From Bdellovibrionales bacterium (GTDB lineage: Bacteria; Bdellovibrionota; Bdellovibrionia; Bdellovibrionales; UBA1609), in the NCBI GenBank assembly GCA_041739415.1, contig JBGSNU010000031.1, forward strand, positions 42,949 to 106,948: a DNA stretch of 64,000 nucleotides. Direction: 5' to 3'. A model generated the notes under the pieces. It saw only the letters and a program-made list of their open reading frames with translations, had not been told where the DNA came from and searched no databases. The translations under genes were made by a program, and so were the position numbers. Of the stretch, positions 61,453 through 64,000 are shown one piece after another. Within the stretch, counting starts at the first letter, position 1, and every line of letters starts with the position of its first letter.

Positions 61453-63774
61453 CTATCTTGAAATCGCGGCTAAATGATCTGCTACGTTCATAAAGAAGAT
61501 TCCCGCCATGCTTTGATCAACATGCACAAACGGATTCCATGGATTTCTTCCGTCAACCACCACGCGAGAAGGGATCGGAAGAACTTGAAGGCCTAATTGG
61601 CCGGTCAAAGCGCGTTGCCATGTCAGCGGCGTTTTTCCAAAACGCGCATCGTTGGCTCCGGTCATGTCCCATTTTGTATAATTCTGGAGAACCTGCGTTG
61701 ATTGAGTTTGATTAAGTTGAAAATATCTGGCTCCCGCAGAACCTAAGATCGCGCTGGCATTATTCGGAGAATCAATCCCGGCAGCAACAATCGTCGAAAT
61801 TTTATTTTGAACCGGCACTTCGCCGATAGCCGACAACACTCTTAAATCTTGGTCTGGGGTCGATTTTGCGCTGTTGAGTTGAGACGATGCTTTGATGGGA
61901 TAAAGAGCGTCGCCGCCCGTATCCACTGTGATAATCGTATCCACTCCTCGGAGCTGTTGGTTCAAAGAATTAAGTTGTCCAACCAAAGTGCCGTTCTGGC
62001 GATCCATAACCAAAAACATTGGGACTTCGTCACTCGGAAGATTTTCGAGAAACCTTCCGCTTCCAGTTGTTTGCGGCAAGATTCTATAAGTGCCACTTAC
62101 AATTTCGCCGCCGTGCTGCGAAACGGTTCTATCTTCTCCGTCACGTCCACTAACACCTTGAGACGCGGTCTTCTCTGTTCTTACAGAGGCAACATAAACA
62201 AGTTCTTTACCAGCATTTTTCAGAAGTAACCCAAGTTGCGCCGCTTGTATTCCATCTGAACCGCCACCTATTCCTATTACGGCAACGCGATGGCCCGGAA
62301 TCTCTGATAAACTGTTGAGTGGTGTGAATTTGGCTGAGTCAATAACCTGTCGGTCAACTAATTTTGCTTCGCCATCTTTCGCAACAAGATCAATTTCAAT
62401 TTTCTTTTGAACTAACTGCTCTGGAGTTTTTCCGGCCTCAGCGATTTTTGAAATCAAAAGCGTGAAGACGCCATCGCCGTTGCGACCTTTAATTGTTACT
62501 CTCGCTTCTTGATAAAGTTGCGCAAGAGTCGTAAGGCCCAATTGAATGCCTGCATGCTCACTTAAAATTGTTGGATTTGCCTTTGAATAAGCAAGGATAT
62601 TTGAAAGCAAAGCTGGCGAATAATAGAGTAGCGTTCCGTATCCGTCGCCAGTGCCGTTGATGTTCATTTCTTTAACTAAGATGGCCTTTGTATTTTGAGA
62701 AAGGCTGTCAAATGCGGCCGTGATTTTCGATGCCGTGTTCGTGTCTGATACGCGCATCATAGTTAATAAACGCGTTAATGCACGTTCTCGCGGAACTTCA
62801 ACCCGCAAACCAAAAGGACGTCCTTTTTCAGATAAGAAGTAGTTGTAAACATCAACTTCAGAGCGGCCCTGTGCTAAACTTTCGATAGCTTTAATACCAA
62901 GTTTGAATCCGTCGTATGTCGGATTAGACATGACGACTGAGCCCTCCCAATTAACATGGCCTGCGGCTCCGCCAATGTCTGCGACGGCGTGAAGCAAATA
63001 GAAATCAAGACTTTCTTTATCTAAGCCCTTTAAGCCAGAAAGGCTCGCGGCAAGGTTTTCGCCTTGAATGAACTGACCGATGTTGAACTTCGGTCTCAGT
63101 CCCCGGATCATTTTCTGCTGGGTCGCAGGAGATAATCGAGCAAAACTTGGTGAAAGGTCAGGATGGTTTTCTAAAGCGATAAGCAAAAGGTTATCGTGAT
63201 CGACGTCTTTAATGCCTGCGCGCTTTTCAATTTCGCCGACAATGGACTTAATTTTTCCGAGGTCGTTGATCACCATGTATGTAATCATGGCGTCAATATC
63301 TTCCGGAGTTTTGAGGATTGAGCGAGTGTAAGCTCGGAGTTCATTAAAATTTTCACGGGTCATTTTAACTGCCGCGTTCTGGGGTTTTGTGAAAGCGTCG
63401 TAGTTGCCTTCAAGAATCCATTTGATAAGCAGGATTCCCGTCGCAGTTCGATCAAACTCAATGTGCTTTTCGCCAAACATTTTTTCCGAAAGTGATAGGA
63501 CTTTATCTGATGTTGCCTTGCCTTCAGGTGTCGCATTTACTTTTCCCGTTAGCCATGCAAGTTCGGGATACTGAACCAACGACATTCGGACTACTTCGAT
63601 GGGATCGTTAGTGGCAAAAAACTTCCTGACAAAGGACTTCGGATTAGTAGGCATTGCCTTCTCACTTCGGGCGCCGGCGTTTAGGAAAAGGTCTTGGCAA
63701 GACATTGCATGGGCATGAGGGAGGCTCATGGACAATGACAAAAAAAGGATAGCAACTGTTGAACTTTTAGACAT
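61453..63774 (-). CDS. Secreted two-domain protein: HD-like (DUF6829-like) domain + DUF1152-like domain
   Basis: GGGAG SD; signal peptide ending AHA; EFDRT, NDLGK, DHD and HAVAD motifs; C-terminal GIGGGSD, VDTGGD and GIDSP. Confidence 0.75.
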   Translation of the reverse strand: MSKSSTVAILFLSLSMSLPHAHAMSCQDLFLNAGARSEKAMPTNPKSFVRKFFATNDPIEVVRMSLVQYPELAWLTGKVNATPEGKATSDKVLSLSEKMFGEKHIEFDRTATGILLIKWILEGNYDAFTKPQNAAVKMTRENFNELRAYTRSILKTPEDIDAMITYMVINDLGKIKSIVGEIEKRAGIKDVDHDNLLLIALENHPDLSPSFARLSPATQQKMIRGLRPKFNIGQFIQGENLAASLSGLKGLDKESLDFYLLHAVADIGGAAGHVNWEGSVVMSNPTYDGFKLGIKAIESLAQGRSEVDVYNYFLSEKGRPFGLRVEVPRERALTRLLTMMRVSDTNTASKITAAFDSLSQNTKAILVKEMNINGTGDGYGTLLYYSPALLSNILAYSKANPTILSEHAGIQLGLTTLAQLYQEARVTIKGRNGDGVFTLLISKIAEAGKTPEQLVQKKIEIDLVAKDGEAKLVDRQVIDSAKFTPLNSLSEIPGHRVAVIGIGGGSDGIQAAQLGLLLKNAGKELVYVASVRTEKTASQGVSGRDGEDRTVSQHGGEIVSGTYRILPQTTGSGRFLENLPSDEVPMFLVMDRQNGTLVGQLNSLNQQLRGVDTIITVDTGGDALYPIKASSQLNSAKSTPDQDLRVLSAIGEVPVQNKISTIVAAGIDSPNNASAILGSAGARYFQLNQTQSTQVLQNYTKWDMTGANDARFGKTPLTWQRALTGQLGLQVLPIPSRVVVDGRNPWNPFVHVDQSMAGIFFMNVADHLAAISR

Positions 63775-63829
63775 ATGAAACTCCCATACTTGCTCCTGGC
63801 GGCTTTATAATTCTTTCAAAATTAAAGAA

Positions 63830-63845
63830 TGCCAGGAGTATGCCA
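63830..63845 (-). promoter_or_regulatory. Candidate sigma-54 promoter of the island operon
   Basis: TGGCATA-CTCC-TGGCA, GG-N10-GC spacing, about 55 nt upstream of ATG 63774. Confidence 0.45.
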
Positions 63846-64000
63846 AAATAAAGACCATAAATGAGTTTCGTCTACCACACTTGCCCAGAATTGAACAGCG
63901 ACCGTCATCGCTTGCCCTGCGGCCTTACGAAAAGCTCACGGTTCATCTAAAAACCTCGCCTCGGCTTGCTCCAAGCCCCCGCAAGGGGCAACTGGAGCAG

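Larger units (their letters stand above)
56335..64000. mobile_element. Integrative element / genomic island inserted at tRNA-fMet (right end outside window)
   Basis: Tyrosine integrase next to the tRNA 3' end, visible drop in GC, accessory cargo; no second att copy seen in window. Confidence 0.8.

Noticed and set aside
56765..64000. Prophage
   Set aside because: No structural, replication or lysis genes visible in the window; only an integrase and cargo

Overview
Bacterial chromosome segment, very probably from a Bdellovibrionota (Bdellovibrio-like predator). This assignment is inferred from gene content and lineage-typical hypothetical proteins. Bases 1-56.3 kb are mostly core genome: mepA, tRNA-Val(GAC), lipB, a photolyase cluster, dnaE-guaA-guaB-miaB, thiolase/scoAB, pyk, argS, a VKOR-DsbA fusion, a CHASE2 cyclase, lptD, the ffh-rpsP-khpA-rimM-trmD-rplS-rnhB-yraN operon, an ABC exporter and an HD-GYP protein. 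Directly after an initiator tRNA-fMet (56258-56334) a visibly more AT-rich island begins and runs off the window end. It carries a tyrosine integrase and a two-gene operon of signal-peptide proteins that share a ~420-aa HD-like helical domain. One copy keeps its Asp/His motifs and is fused to a DUF1152-like domain. The other has lost most of those residues and is fused to a Zeta-toxin-like P-loop kinase and a SLOG-like module. Both proteins carry an S-C-x-x-L-F-L motif, at opposite termini. This operon is the best candidate for an undescribed system. Family names are from recognition and memory, not database searches.
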